From a virus (Duplodnaviria; Caudoviricetes): a stretch of DNA of 55,264 nucleotides. Numbering within the stretch: the first letter of the stretch is position 1; every line of letters begins with the position of its first letter. The position numbers and the translations under genes were made by a program. The notes beneath the pieces are model-generated. The model was given only the letters and a program-made list of their open reading frames with translations, did not search any database and was not told the DNA's origin. Location: positions 1 to 55,264 of the IMG/VR virus record IMGVR_UViG_3300042546_000342; one strand, given 5' to 3'. Below, piece after piece: positions 1-9,468 of the stretch.

Positions 1-2
1 CA

Positions 3-968
3 AAAGGATTGATGATTAACTTGGAAGCGTGGGATAATGTTATGGTGGACGGAAAAATAAAATCCACAGAAGAGTTGTTCCAAATGGCTACCGAAACGGG
101 TATCGTATTATATCGTGGTACTTCTACGATGGACGAGAGCGGGCGGATAACAGGTAAACCTATCGAGGAATTAGACGGTGGACTAGGGCGACAATTTACC
201 GAAATCATAGCAGACTTGGACTACAATATGCGAATGATATACGAGGTAAGCGGTATCAACGAGGTGATGGCGGCAAGCAACCCTGACCCGAATATGTTAA
301 GTGGTGTGGCGAAACAAGCGGTATCTTCTTCGGAGAACTCGTTGGGGAGCATCTTAGACGCAGTTACAAATATCCACGAGAGATTAGCTACGGATATATC
401 ATTGAAGCTACAAATAATGCTTAAGGATAAAACTATTGGCGTATATGACAAAGCATTAGGCAAGATAATAGAGGTCGGTGAAGAAGTAAGCCCTATGACA
501 TTTGGTATTGCATTAGAGCCATTGCCTACCGAACAGCAAAGAAGAAAAATGGAGGAAATGATAATGAGTTCCGTTATCAATCCTAACAACCCTACTACGG
601 GCGGTCTGTTCGTGGACGATGCTATTCCATTGATTACGGAGATATATAGTGGTGTAAATCTTAAAGTAATTATGCGCAAGTATTCTTACTTGTTAAAGAA
701 GCGCAGAGATGAGTTCATGGCGAATGAGCAAATGAAGATTAAGACACAGAGTGACGGCATTGTACAGCAAACCCAAGCGTCAACAGAAGGGCAAATGCAA
801 ATGTTACAATATGAGCGTGAAACAAAACTAGCTGTAATACAAGCGGAAGCCGAAGCGCAAATAAGGGTGTTTAAAGAAACACAACCGTACAGAAACGAAC
901 AAACAATAATAAGGTCGGAAACCAAAAAAGGAGAGAAAGCATTTGAGGCGAGTTTGCCACCGAAATAA
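3..968 (+). CDS. Portal protein, crAss-like (C-terminal part; ORF open at the left edge)
   Basis: Frame open from position 3. SGINEVMAASNPDPNMLSGVAKQA resembles the conserved segment of crAss-like portals. Q/E-rich coiled-coil tail. Lies upstream of the scaffold and capsid genes. Confidence 0.8.
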   Translation, partial: KGLMINLEAWDNVMVDGKIKSTEELFQMATETGIVLYRGTSTMDESGRITGKPIEELDGGLGRQFTEIIADLDYNMRMIYEVSGINEVMAASNPDPNMLSGVAKQAVSSSENSLGSILDAVTNIHERLATDISLKLQIMLKDKTIGVYDKALGKIIEVGEEVSPMTFGIALEPLPTEQQRRKMEEMIMSSVINPNNPTTGGLFVDDAIPLITEIYSGVNLKVIMRKYSYLLKKRRDEFMANEQMKIKTQSDGIVQQTQASTEGQMQMLQYERETKLAVIQAEAEAQIRVFKETQPYRNEQTIIRSETKKGEKAFEASLPPK

Positions 969-1229
969 TTATTCTCCGTTATCTACAAACCTAACACCTA
1001 CAAGCCAAAGAAAACCCGCTAAGTCAGTAGCACAGTTGGCTACTGTATCTTCATCCATATCGGGAAAGTAGTGATGCAAGTATTCATGTATATAAACGTC
1101 AAGTTTACGAACACCTTTCAAACGCTTATCAATATGTATTTCCTCACCATCTTGAAAGTAAAGACCATCGGCTTTATGTTTGCCTAATTTGCGTACAATA
1201 ACTTTTGGAAGTCTTTTAGGTGTTGGCAT
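969..1229 (-). CDS. Small HEXXH zinc-metallopeptidase-like protein (ImmA/IrrE-like fold)
   Basis: 86 aa with G...IHID...YIHEYLH and a downstream E (DEDTV). Overlaps the end of the upstream nuclease gene. Confidence 0.6.
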   Translation of the reverse strand: MPTPKRLPKVIVRKLGKHKADGLYFQDGEEIHIDKRLKGVRKLDVYIHEYLHHYFPDMDEDTVANCATDLAGFLWLVGVRFVDNGE

Positions 1230-2979
1230 CTTTGGATTTTAATAGGGTAAACTCTAACATCTTTAGATAGGTACGATTTGATATTTTGTAGAACTTACGG
1301 CACGAATTACATTTCATGTGGCGTTTAATATACCCCATAGCCGTTGCGTCCGTGTGGGATAGTTGAACATTTTTACTTGCACATTCGGGGCAATGCCATT
1401 TTTCACCACCTTTAAGGACTGCCATATTTGTGTTGTGGTAAATATATGGAGATATAGCGAAGTAAACGTCCTCAAGAACAGCAACATCTTGAACGCAGTA
1501 GTCAATCATTTTCTTTAATGAGGCTTTATTTTTATGTTCGCAAATGTCAATCCACAACTTCATGCCCTCATGGTCAAGTTTGCGCCCTACATTCAAAACT
1601 TTTCCCAAGTAATCTAACTTGTTGCTAGGAAATCTAAAGTATTGTCTTGATTTTTTTAGTGTATCGAGGGTGCGGTAAATGGGAAACATTAAATTGCCCG
1701 TTAAAATAGCTCGTGTGCGCAATTCTTTGATGTCGAATTTGTCGCAGTTGTGCATTGGGTATCCTGCCCCAAAAAATGTTTTGCTACTTGTAGAGAATAC
1801 AGCAACTTCTTTCATCCCAACTTCTTCTATTTTTACAACGGTAGCTACTTCTAAATTCTTACCTTTTAGAAAGCCTAAATTATTCCAATCTATTTTATGG
1901 ATAAATCTGTCAATCTCATATTTCCCAATAACCTCCATTGTTTTGAACTTACCTCCATTGATACCCGTGTATAGTGTATCGCCTTTACCTAATCCACCCG
2001 TTTTTGGTTTTCTTTTTTTGCATAATTCTAAACCTAGTTCATCGCAAATTCTTAATGCTTTATCCCAAGTCACACCTGCTCTTTGGCAAAAATCAATAGA
2101 TAAACCTGCTTCACCTCCCATCTTTAAAGTTCCTTCTCCGCTTATAAATCCACTAATCCAACCGCCATTATATGTGTTATCTCTTTCCCACGGGTTAAAA
2201 TACTTCATAACTCTATTGCCTACTACTAATTCTTGAGAACTTCTCCATCTTTGGTTTCTATCCTTTATTCCTAAACTAAGCCAAAAGTGGTCTTTTGTTG
2301 TAGTAACTTCGTCACCATTATCAAAAGTAACTTTTATACATTCAGCCATTTTTTTAGAGAAGTCAGTAACCTTTGCTTCTTTTAACTTTCTGTATCCATT
2401 ACCATTCCACTTACCGTCCTTATTTCTGCAAGTTGTATTTGGCGGTGTTTTTTCTTCAAAGCCACCAAGAGTATCTCCTTCTTTTAAATCACCTGCTTTA
2501 ACCCATCTAAAATCCGATGTTAGCACGGGCGTATTGACCTCCACGCAATTGTGGGCTACAATCTCGTCAGCGTCCTTAATTACTTGAATAAAATCTTTGA
2601 TTAACTTGGTGTCGTCTTGATTTTCGTCCCACTTTAGAACGTGGACTTTATCTTCGTACTGCCACTTGTAGGCAATGCAGATAATTTTCTTCTCTCTTAA
2701 TATGTTGTCAGGGTTGATATTAACTTTCCAAAATTGAAAGGTAGGCACTAAATAGTAAGACGTTTCAATATCAAAAAATAATCGCTTGATTTCAGATGTC
2801 TGCTTCTTAATATTTGACTTTGCGAGGAACGTCCCTACTCTACGCCTAAAGGTTTCTGCTTTTGTTTGTAGGTTAAATTTTTTCATAACCTCATCCGCAA
2901 TGTGGGTTATGTTCTGTGTGCTTTCGTATCTTACTCTAATGTACTCTTGAATTTCTTTTGTGAGGACTAGGCGAGCCAT
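1216..2979 (-). CDS. DnaQ/RNase H-like 3'-5' exonuclease with C-terminal Zn ribbon, interrupted by an intein
   Basis: ExoI LFFDIET, ExoII AHN|CDKFD split by the intein, ExoIII YCVQDV, CPEC...CNSC. About 320 aa after splicing. Confidence 0.85.
   Translation of the reverse strand: MARLVLTKEIQEYIRVRYESTQNITHIADEVMKKFNLQTKAETFRRRVGTFLAKSNIKKQTSEIKRLFFDIETSYYLVPTFQFWKVNINPDNILREKKIICIAYKWQYEDKVHVLKWDENQDDTKLIKDFIQVIKDADEIVAHNCVEVNTPVLTSDFRWVKAGDLKEGDTLGGFEEKTPPNTTCRNKDGKWNGNGYRKLKEAKVTDFSKKMAECIKVTFDNGDEVTTTKDHFWLSLGIKDRNQRWRSSQELVVGNRVMKYFNPWERDNTYNGGWISGFISGEGTLKMGGEAGLSIDFCQRAGVTWDKALRICDELGLELCKKRKPKTGGLGKGDTLYTGINGGKFKTMEVIGKYEIDRFIHKIDWNNLGFLKGKNLEVATVVKIEEVGMKEVAVFSTSSKTFFGAGYPMHNCDKFDIKELRTRAILTGNLMFPIYRTLDTLKKSRQYFRFPSNKLDYLGKVLNVGRKLDHEGMKLWIDICEHKNKASLKKMIDYCVQDVAVLEDVYFAISPYIYHNTNMAVLKGGEKWHCPECASKNVQLSHTDATAMGYIKRHMKCNSCRKFYKISNRTYLKMLEFTLLKSKDANT
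1747..2547 (-). mobile_element. Intein (267 aa) with LAGLIDADG-type endonuclease region
   Basis: Starts at Cys145 (CVEVNTPVLT, block A). Block B TTTKDHFW, LAGLIDADG-like WISGFISGEG, ends ...YPMHN followed by +1 Cys. Removal restores the HNxxxFD nuclease motif. Confidence 0.92.
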
Positions 2980-3001
2980 AGCTTTATATTTTAATGTATA
3001 G

Positions 3002-3041
3002 CAAAGGTAGTTATTAAATTTGTTAAAAAGTGTTATATTTG
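3002..3041. promoter_or_regulatory. Divergent Bacteroidota-type promoters (-7 box TAnnTTTG)
   Basis: TACCTTTG on minus (3002-3009) toward the nuclease gene; TATATTTG on plus (3034-3041) toward scaffold/capsid. Confidence 0.75.
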
Positions 3042-3058
3042 CATCAAACTTAAATTAT

Positions 3059-4132
3059 ATGTTAGATACAATGCTAGAAGATATGGGTGCTGTACCCGAT
3101 GTTCAACAACAAGTTGACCCCGTTACACCGCCCGTTGAAACAACACAAGTTCAGCAAGTAGTTGAACCTATTGACACCGTTCTTTCAATTAATAATGACG
3201 AACCACAAACGGTACAACCAACCGCTAATAATACGTCAAACCAAGCGTCCGAAATGGATAGAGGTAAGATACTAAATGAGTTATTTGGTATTGACAACCC
3301 CGATACTATTAAGGAAAGACTTTTAGGTTATGACGAATTAAAAGCAAGTTCGGAAGCACCGAAGTACCAAACTAAGTTCGCAGAGTACATTGACCAATTA
3401 GTATCGCAATATGGCGACCCAAAGTCACAAACGGAAGCATTTAAGAACGCATTTGATGTTCTTACCACAGACGTAGCGACAATGGATAGCAAACAAGCTA
3501 TTGCGTTTCAAATGAAGCAAGAGTACCCATCGTTAGGTAGCGAAGAGATTGACTTGCTTATTTCTAGTAAATACAAGTTAAGCGAATACGCTTCTGATGA
3601 TGAGCAGCGTCTAGGTCAAATTCAAATGAAGTTGGACAGCGAGAAAGCAAAGACCGCAATTCGAGAATTGCAAATTAACACTTTGAAGGACGTTCCCAAC
3701 AAAACAAATGAGTTAAAAGCCATCGACACCGAGAAGCGCAACTTGGAATGGAAAACTAAAACAAATGAAGTAGTCGCCAAGATTAATTCTTTTGAGTTTG
3801 AAGTTGACAAAGGCAAGAAAGTTAAATTTGACATCCCACAAGCAGACAAGGCATTGTTGTCCGAAATTGCTTCGCAGGTTGCTCCAAGTTTTTCTCCTGA
3901 TGCTAATGGAATGGAACAAGTACAAAAGATTGTTGAAATGACTTACGTCTACAACAAGATGAGTAACTTGATTTCTAACTCATACAAAAAAGGATTGAGC
4001 GAGGCAAACGCTGAATGGGAAGCTAAAGTGAATAACCCTAGTGGTGGCAAGAACACCGCCCCCGTAGGAGATTTCGCTAAAGCCAAAACAGCAGACGAAC
4101 AATTTGTTGAATTTGTGGCAAATCTTAGATAG
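3059..4132 (+). CDS. Putative capsid scaffolding/assembly protein
   Basis: Acidic, low-complexity N-terminus and helical body, directly before the capsid gene. Start moved to ATG 3059 because the track start (3020) lies upstream of the promoter box. Confidence 0.6.
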   Translation: MLDTMLEDMGAVPDVQQQVDPVTPPVETTQVQQVVEPIDTVLSINNDEPQTVQPTANNTSNQASEMDRGKILNELFGIDNPDTIKERLLGYDELKASSEAPKYQTKFAEYIDQLVSQYGDPKSQTEAFKNAFDVLTTDVATMDSKQAIAFQMKQEYPSLGSEEIDLLISSKYKLSEYASDDEQRLGQIQMKLDSEKAKTAIRELQINTLKDVPNKTNELKAIDTEKRNLEWKTKTNEVVAKINSFEFEVDKGKKVKFDIPQADKALLSEIASQVAPSFSPDANGMEQVQKIVEMTYVYNKMSNLISNSYKKGLSEANAEWEAKVNNPSGGKNTAPVGDFAKAKTADEQFVEFVANLR

Positions 4133-4169
4133 TAAACAATAATTCATAACCCCCTAAAACCAAATAAAA

Positions 4170-5516
4170 ATGGCAGGAGCAGTAACAGCACCAATTAACA
4201 ATACATTGGTGTCCACATTCAACTTACACAAGCCCGAATACTCGAACTTTTTGTTCCGCAAGTACGGCAAACAAGGTTTCACAGCCTTTCAATTTTTGCA
4301 ATCATTAGGTAACGTAACACCTGTTGCTCAAGAAAACTTCTACCACTTCGAGGAGAATTGGATAGCTAGTTCATTTACAACCACAGGCGGTTCAGGTGCG
4401 GCAGGTGCATCAGTAAACCTTACTGTTTCTGCTGCTTACATCGACACATTGGGTAACTACTACCCTCGTTTGAACGACATCTTGATGTTCGCTAACGGTG
4501 TTAAAGCGCAAGTAATTGCAGACAACGGTTCAGGTGTATTAACAGTTCGTCCTTTAAAGCAATCACAAGCAATTTCAGTAGCAGCCGATGAGCAAATCAT
4601 CATCCCAAGCAACTCGTTTGCAGAAGGTACAGGTCAACCTGATGGTCGTGTGTCAGACGTATTCCGTTATGACTTTAATATGCAAATCATCAAAGAAACC
4701 ATTTCTACCACAGGTACTGAATTGACCAACCAACTTTGGGTAAACTCAATTGATGGCACGACTATCAACGCATGGTTCGACAAAGCCAAGTCTATTGACT
4801 TAGATTACCGTATGGCACTTGCTATTGACGGTATGCTTTTGTACGGTACTAAAGCGGACAACACGGGCATCTTGGGAACTACATCAGAAGGTTTGGTAGA
4901 CGCTGTAACTACACAAGGTGGTAACGGTACTTACACTCAAGGTTTGTTCTCTGTTGCATTGTTCGACCAAATGAACCGCTACTTAGACAAGCAACAAGCA
5001 CCTAACGAGTACACAGGTCTATTAGGATACCAAGCGTTCCAAGATGTTGAAAATGCTTTGAGCAATGTGTTCACACAAAACCCAATCATCTTCGCAGGCG
5101 GAAACGGTAAAACATTAGGTCAAATGATGTACGGTGACATGGCTTCTAAGATTGATAGCAGCGTTGACATTGGTTTCCGTTCAATCACTAAGACTGACAG
5201 AACTTTCCACTTGTTGAAATTGGCGCAACTTAGCAACCCTCAATTGTACGGTGCAACAGGCTTTACCGAAGCATCTCGTATGATTTTCGTACCTCTTGAC
5301 AAACCTACACAACCTAAAGGTGGACAAGTACCACGCTTAGGAGTTCGTTACAAAGAGCTTGGTGGCTACTCTCGTAAGATGGAAGCATGGTACACAGGTT
5401 CAGCAGGTAACTTCGGTTTCAAAACTAACGACATCGATAGTGTTCAATTGCATAACAGAACCCACATGGGTGGCGAGCAGTTTGGACTTAACGCTTTCTA
5501 CCAATTTACTACATAG
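4170..5516 (+). CDS. Major capsid protein, crAss-like
   Basis: 448 aa. FRKYGKQ, HFEE, SFAEGT, MQIIKET segments resemble crAss-like capsids. Strongly biased codon use and a strong terminator follow. Confidence 0.85.
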   Translation: MAGAVTAPINNTLVSTFNLHKPEYSNFLFRKYGKQGFTAFQFLQSLGNVTPVAQENFYHFEENWIASSFTTTGGSGAAGASVNLTVSAAYIDTLGNYYPRLNDILMFANGVKAQVIADNGSGVLTVRPLKQSQAISVAADEQIIIPSNSFAEGTGQPDGRVSDVFRYDFNMQIIKETISTTGTELTNQLWVNSIDGTTINAWFDKAKSIDLDYRMALAIDGMLLYGTKADNTGILGTTSEGLVDAVTTQGGNGTYTQGLFSVALFDQMNRYLDKQQAPNEYTGLLGYQAFQDVENALSNVFTQNPIIFAGGNGKTLGQMMYGDMASKIDSSVDIGFRSITKTDRTFHLLKLAQLSNPQLYGATGFTEASRMIFVPLDKPTQPKGGQVPRLGVRYKELGGYSRKMEAWYTGSAGNFGFKTNDIDSVQLHNRTHMGGEQFGLNAFYQFTT

Positions 5517-5540
5517 TAAGTTGTAAGTTTTAAAAAAAAT

Positions 5541-5570
5541 AGATGGCTACTTCGGTAGCCATTTGTTTTT
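5541..5570 (+). terminator. Intrinsic terminator with UUCG tetraloop
   Basis: ATGGCTAC-TTCG-GTAGCCAT followed by TTGTTTTT, just after the capsid stop. Confidence 0.9.
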
Positions 5571-5596
5571 ATATTAAATGTTATTATGTTTGCGCC

Positions 5597-5736
5597 AACA
5601 GTACCTCGATTGCTTCCCGTAAGAACAGCACACTAGCAGAGGTCATTTTCATGCGTAAACGAATAGCCCAAGTGCATAAGTTATGGCAGACCAACGAGGC
5701 AATTAATGGGGACGCTCATTTACCCTCGTTTTTTTA
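5597..5736 (+). ncRNA. Candidate structured small RNA
   Basis: TATGTTTG box at 5585-5592. Stems ACCTC/GAGGT (5603-5643) and AACGAGG/CCTCGTT (5693-5730), then a T run. No credible ORF. Confidence 0.4.
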
Positions 5737-5781
5737 TTTCATAAAATTTGTTAAATTTGCATCAACTTAAATTATAAAAAT

Positions 5782-6735
5782 ATGTTACTCTTAAACAGAA
5801 CACCCGTAGCCCCTGAATGGCTAAAAGACCAATGTAAACTACTTGGTTTAGAACTTAAAAATTTACAAAAACCCACAACCTTCCGATTAGTCGAAAGCTA
5901 TTGGCGCAAGGTGTATCAGATGGAAGTCAATTCTAATCAGATGCGTGAGCGAATGTTCGTTGCGCCCGAATTCCACATTGAGGCGACCTACTTGTACAGC
6001 AATAGACAAACGGGATTAACGGATAACCTAACGTATGTTAGGAATTTCATTCCCGACAATTCGGGTCATAACCAAAACGCTATTGAGCCGATTATCTTCG
6101 AGAGAGGGGTATTGGCGGTGGAAGAGGGGCAAGCGGATTTATTCTTCTTTTTATTGAACTCACCAATTAACAAGAACAACCCTAAATACGCTAACGGATT
6201 ATCTAAGCCTAGCAAACCGTTCCAATTTACGCAGATACTACCCGATGTGGAAGCAAGTGATTTCTTGGATTACGAATTAGCTATTTCTAAAGCGGTGACA
6301 ATGATTGGCGATGCTACTTCTAAGAACTACGTTAATGACGAAGCGGCTATCGCTTTGGCTAAGGCTTATGGTTACGGAAGTATGCTAAACAAAGGCAGAA
6401 AGGACATCAACAAGTTCTTGATTGAGAAAGCTAAGAAAAACCCGACTAAGTTGATTAGCGACTTGACAAGTGCGGCAACGGAAATCAGAGCGATATTGGC
6501 AGACGCTATTGCTCACGGCATTATTGTGCAAGACCTCCCTTACATTAAGTGGACTGACTTGGACAAAGGTAAGAGAAAAGCCAACAACGGTATCATCACT
6601 CAAGTGCCAAGCGGACTAGACCCATTAGACCACTTTGTAAATTGGATGCGAGAGAGCGACAATAGCGGTGTATTCAATCAATTAAAGAAAGACTTGGAAA
6701 ACAAGAAACTTGCTTTAGCTGATACGGAAGCATAG
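5782..6735 (+). CDS. Protein downstream of capsid gene (head-module gene of crAss-like phages), function unknown
   Basis: 317 aa, own TAAATTTG box at 5752-5759, position in the head module. Confidence 0.55.
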   Translation: MLLLNRTPVAPEWLKDQCKLLGLELKNLQKPTTFRLVESYWRKVYQMEVNSNQMRERMFVAPEFHIEATYLYSNRQTGLTDNLTYVRNFIPDNSGHNQNAIEPIIFERGVLAVEEGQADLFFFLLNSPINKNNPKYANGLSKPSKPFQFTQILPDVEASDFLDYELAISKAVTMIGDATSKNYVNDEAAIALAKAYGYGSMLNKGRKDINKFLIEKAKKNPTKLISDLTSAATEIRAILADAIAHGIIVQDLPYIKWTDLDKGKRKANNGIITQVPSGLDPLDHFVNWMRESDNSGVFNQLKKDLENKKLALADTEA

Positions 6736-6755
6736 TCTTACTGAATAAACGGAGA

Positions 6756-6788
6756 AGCCTCACTATAAACGGTGGGGCTTTTTTATTT
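6756..6788 (+). terminator. Intrinsic terminator between convergent genes
   Basis: AAGCCTCAC-loop-GTGGGGCTT followed by TTTTATTT. Confidence 0.8.
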
Positions 6789-6992
6789 AAGAATAGCCGT
6801 ATTTTTCTTGCTATCAATTTGTATTTGGTGTCCATTTTTAGCTAATCTATGTACATACACCTCTGTTGACTTTACTGCAAATACTCCGTCCGCACCGTAT
6901 ATGTATTCGCTAATATCTTTGAACGATTTTTCTTTTTTATCAGAAAGGCATTGTAATATTAGCATTTCTATGTATCGTAACTTATTTGCCAT
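6783..6992 (-). CDS. Small winged-helix protein resembling an OmpR/PhoB DNA-binding domain
   Basis: IYG...KSTEVYVHRLAK resembles the recognition helix pattern. Own TAGTTTTG box at 6997-7004 (minus). Confidence 0.55.
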   Translation of the reverse strand: MANKLRYIEMLILQCLSDKKEKSFKDISEYIYGADGVFAVKSTEVYVHRLAKNGHQIQIDSKKNTAILK

Positions 6993-6996
6993 CTCG

Positions 6997-7047
6997 CAAA
7001 ACTACCAATTAATCAAAAATGATTTCGTTAAAAAGTGTTATATTTGC
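6997..7047. promoter_or_regulatory. Divergent promoters; plus arm identical over 21 bp to 3022-3042
   Basis: TAGTTTTG (minus, 6997-7004) and TATATTTG (plus, 7039-7046). Confidence 0.75.
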
Positions 7048-7064
7048 TTTCAAAAATAAGTCAA

Positions 7065-8903
7065 ATGCCAATCACATCCGCCCAATTATCAAGCGCATTA
7101 CGAGTTAAGAAAGAATTTAATTTGGTCAATGGAGATTTAGACTTGACTGATTTAACAAACTTCGCAGGGCTTGGCGTGATTGCGCCAAACACATGGGCTA
7201 CTTTGGTTAAAATTGTTGACCCAACGGGCGCAGTTGTTTATCAAAATGCAGGATTTGACACCGATAATTACAATTCACCTGACTTTGATAATAACACAAA
7301 TACGTTAGCAGAGAGTATCCCGACAGACGTTTTGGGTAACTACATTACGGGAACATATACTATTGACTTAAAATGCGAAGTAATACAAGGTGATGACACT
7401 ATTTATGGTAGCGCAACGACTACTTCTTTTGTATGTGGTTGCACTACGGTGGTAAGTATTGATGTAGATGTGGACTACGCTACGGCAGTCATTACGACAA
7501 CGGACACCACTAATTATGGTGCTTATGTTTCGTTGACAAGAAGCCACACCATTTACCCGCCACCGATTAGCGGACTACCTAGTCAGTCAACTTCTGCGAC
7601 AACCAATGTGTACACAAATATCGTAACAACTACTTGGTCGGTACAGATTGAAAGCACGATTGTAACCTTAAAAGCAAACGACACATATACTACTTGTGAG
7701 GTAAGCGGAAGCAAAGAGTTCTTGGTAGAAGCCGATACATTGTGTAAGACATTGTGTGTATTGAAAACCTATCGTGCCGACTTGTTCAAAAAGTTTGGCA
7801 AGGTGAATACGGCAGAGATGGAACGTGCTTGGAGTTTGGCTATGGACGAATATGTCTTAGCAATACAAGCAACTAGATGTGGTCGCCCACAAAGCGAGGT
7901 GCAAGGGTATATTGACAAGGCTTATGCTATTTTGGGGCTAGACCCTACTTGTGATTGCGGATGTAGCGCAAATGACAACCCAACTCCCGTAGTACCTACT
8001 TCAATTATAAACGGAGAAGATGGCACGGATGGTGTAACACCCGAATTTCAGAACACGGGAACTTGGATACAAGTAAGTTATAATGAGGGAAGCACTTGGG
8101 TGAACTTGTTTAGCTTGGCGAGTGTGACGGGCGCAACAGGCGCAGCAGGGGCTAACGGATTAGATGGGGCAAGTGGAGCAATCGTACTTCATAATGACAT
8201 AACAAATTCAACAACAACTACTAATGCGCTAGAATTACTAGCCAATAAAACATATCAATTACCCGCAGGAACGATAGCCAATAATGGCGACATACTTAAA
8301 ATTCGTGCAAGATTTACCACATCGCCCGAAGTTGGGGTTAATATTAAAGAGTGCTATGTTTACTTAGGCGGTTCTGCTGTATCTATTTTTTCAGCGTTTA
8401 CAAGAAACCAAACTCTTGCAGAAATTGAAATGTATATCACGAGGACAACCCCGACAGGCGGTATGATAGATGGATATTCAACTCTATCTGTTACAAATGC
8501 ACCGCCTTTACTTTGGGTTTCTCCTTATAATCAAGTTCAGAAGTGGAATTTCCCTCTTGAAACAATAGCACCCACTTGGGCGGGCGCACTAGATATTCAA
8601 ATATATGCAGATGATAATGGATACAATCCTATCACTTGTGAATTATTCCAAGTTGAAGTGGTTAAATACGGAACTCAAGTGAGTGCTTCTGCCGCCATAT
8701 TCTACGGTGTACCATTTACGACAACTAATGCGGTTCAAACTTACCCTAACGTAATCGGTAGCTTTGGTAAGACAATTAGAAGGGTTTACTTAGATGGCGA
8801 GTTGCTAGATACTGCTGATTGGACATACGACAACACTACGGATATATTAACCTTTGTATTAGCAATAAGCGGAGCATCAGAAGTACAAATTGATTACCAA
8901 TAA
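7065..8903 (+). CDS. Virion structural protein with Cys-rich segment and short collagen-like repeat
   Basis: Thr-rich beta regions, CDCGC motif, Gly-X-Y run GATGAAGANGLDGASG. Start taken as the first ATG after the promoter. Confidence 0.6.
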   Translation: MPITSAQLSSALRVKKEFNLVNGDLDLTDLTNFAGLGVIAPNTWATLVKIVDPTGAVVYQNAGFDTDNYNSPDFDNNTNTLAESIPTDVLGNYITGTYTIDLKCEVIQGDDTIYGSATTTSFVCGCTTVVSIDVDVDYATAVITTTDTTNYGAYVSLTRSHTIYPPPISGLPSQSTSATTNVYTNIVTTTWSVQIESTIVTLKANDTYTTCEVSGSKEFLVEADTLCKTLCVLKTYRADLFKKFGKVNTAEMERAWSLAMDEYVLAIQATRCGRPQSEVQGYIDKAYAILGLDPTCDCGCSANDNPTPVVPTSIINGEDGTDGVTPEFQNTGTWIQVSYNEGSTWVNLFSLASVTGATGAAGANGLDGASGAIVLHNDITNSTTTTNALELLANKTYQLPAGTIANNGDILKIRARFTTSPEVGVNIKECYVYLGGSAVSIFSAFTRNQTLAEIEMYITRTTPTGGMIDGYSTLSVTNAPPLLWVSPYNQVQKWNFPLETIAPTWAGALDIQIYADDNGYNPITCELFQVEVVKYGTQVSASAAIFYGVPFTTTNAVQTYPNVIGSFGKTIRRVYLDGELLDTADWTYDNTTDILTFVLAISGASEVQIDYQ

Positions 8904-8915
8904 AAAACTAAAAAA

Positions 8916-9458
8916 ATGGCAATAGAGCAAAATCAGAATTATCTCCATACGGGGGAAGTTGAGTTTCAAGGAGGGGTTAAAATAGTAAATGGCGCAGAAG
9001 GTGTCGGCAAGGTATTGACATCTGACGCAAGTGGTAATGCTTCTTGGACATCAAGTAGTGCGGGTGTTATACTAAGTGCTACTAGAGTAATTACAAGTGC
9101 AGAGTTATTGCAAATACACACAACGCCAATAGAATTAGTTGCCGCACAAGGAGTTGGTACTGTTTTATGCCCTATTCAAGTTGCTATTTCAATAAACTAT
9201 AATACAACACCATACGCAACAGACACAGCATTAAGATTATTTTGGAACAATAACACAACACTATTGATTTCTTTTGGTGCTACGTTAGATAAAACAGCAG
9301 ATTTTTATTTACAAAGAAGTGTACAGACGACTGCATCGTGGACGGGCGCAAATTTAGCCGAAAATGTAAATCTTGCTATTTCTACGGGAATATCAAATCC
9401 AACAGCAGGTGATAGCGATGTTAAAATTACCATACTATACACAGTAATAACAATATAA
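8916..9458 (+). CDS. Putative fibre/decoration protein
   Basis: GKVLTSDASGNASW fibre-shaft-like motif plus a beta-rich C-terminal domain; inside the structural operon. Confidence 0.55.
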   Translation: MAIEQNQNYLHTGEVEFQGGVKIVNGAEGVGKVLTSDASGNASWTSSSAGVILSATRVITSAELLQIHTTPIELVAAQGVGTVLCPIQVAISINYNTTPYATDTALRLFWNNNTTLLISFGATLDKTADFYLQRSVQTTASWTGANLAENVNLAISTGISNPTAGDSDVKITILYTVITI

Positions 9459-9468
9459 AAAAAAGAAA

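Noticed and set aside
5543-5770. 75-aa ORF after the capsid gene
   Set aside because: Its ATG is inside the terminator stem and it spans two promoter boxes and a second hairpin.
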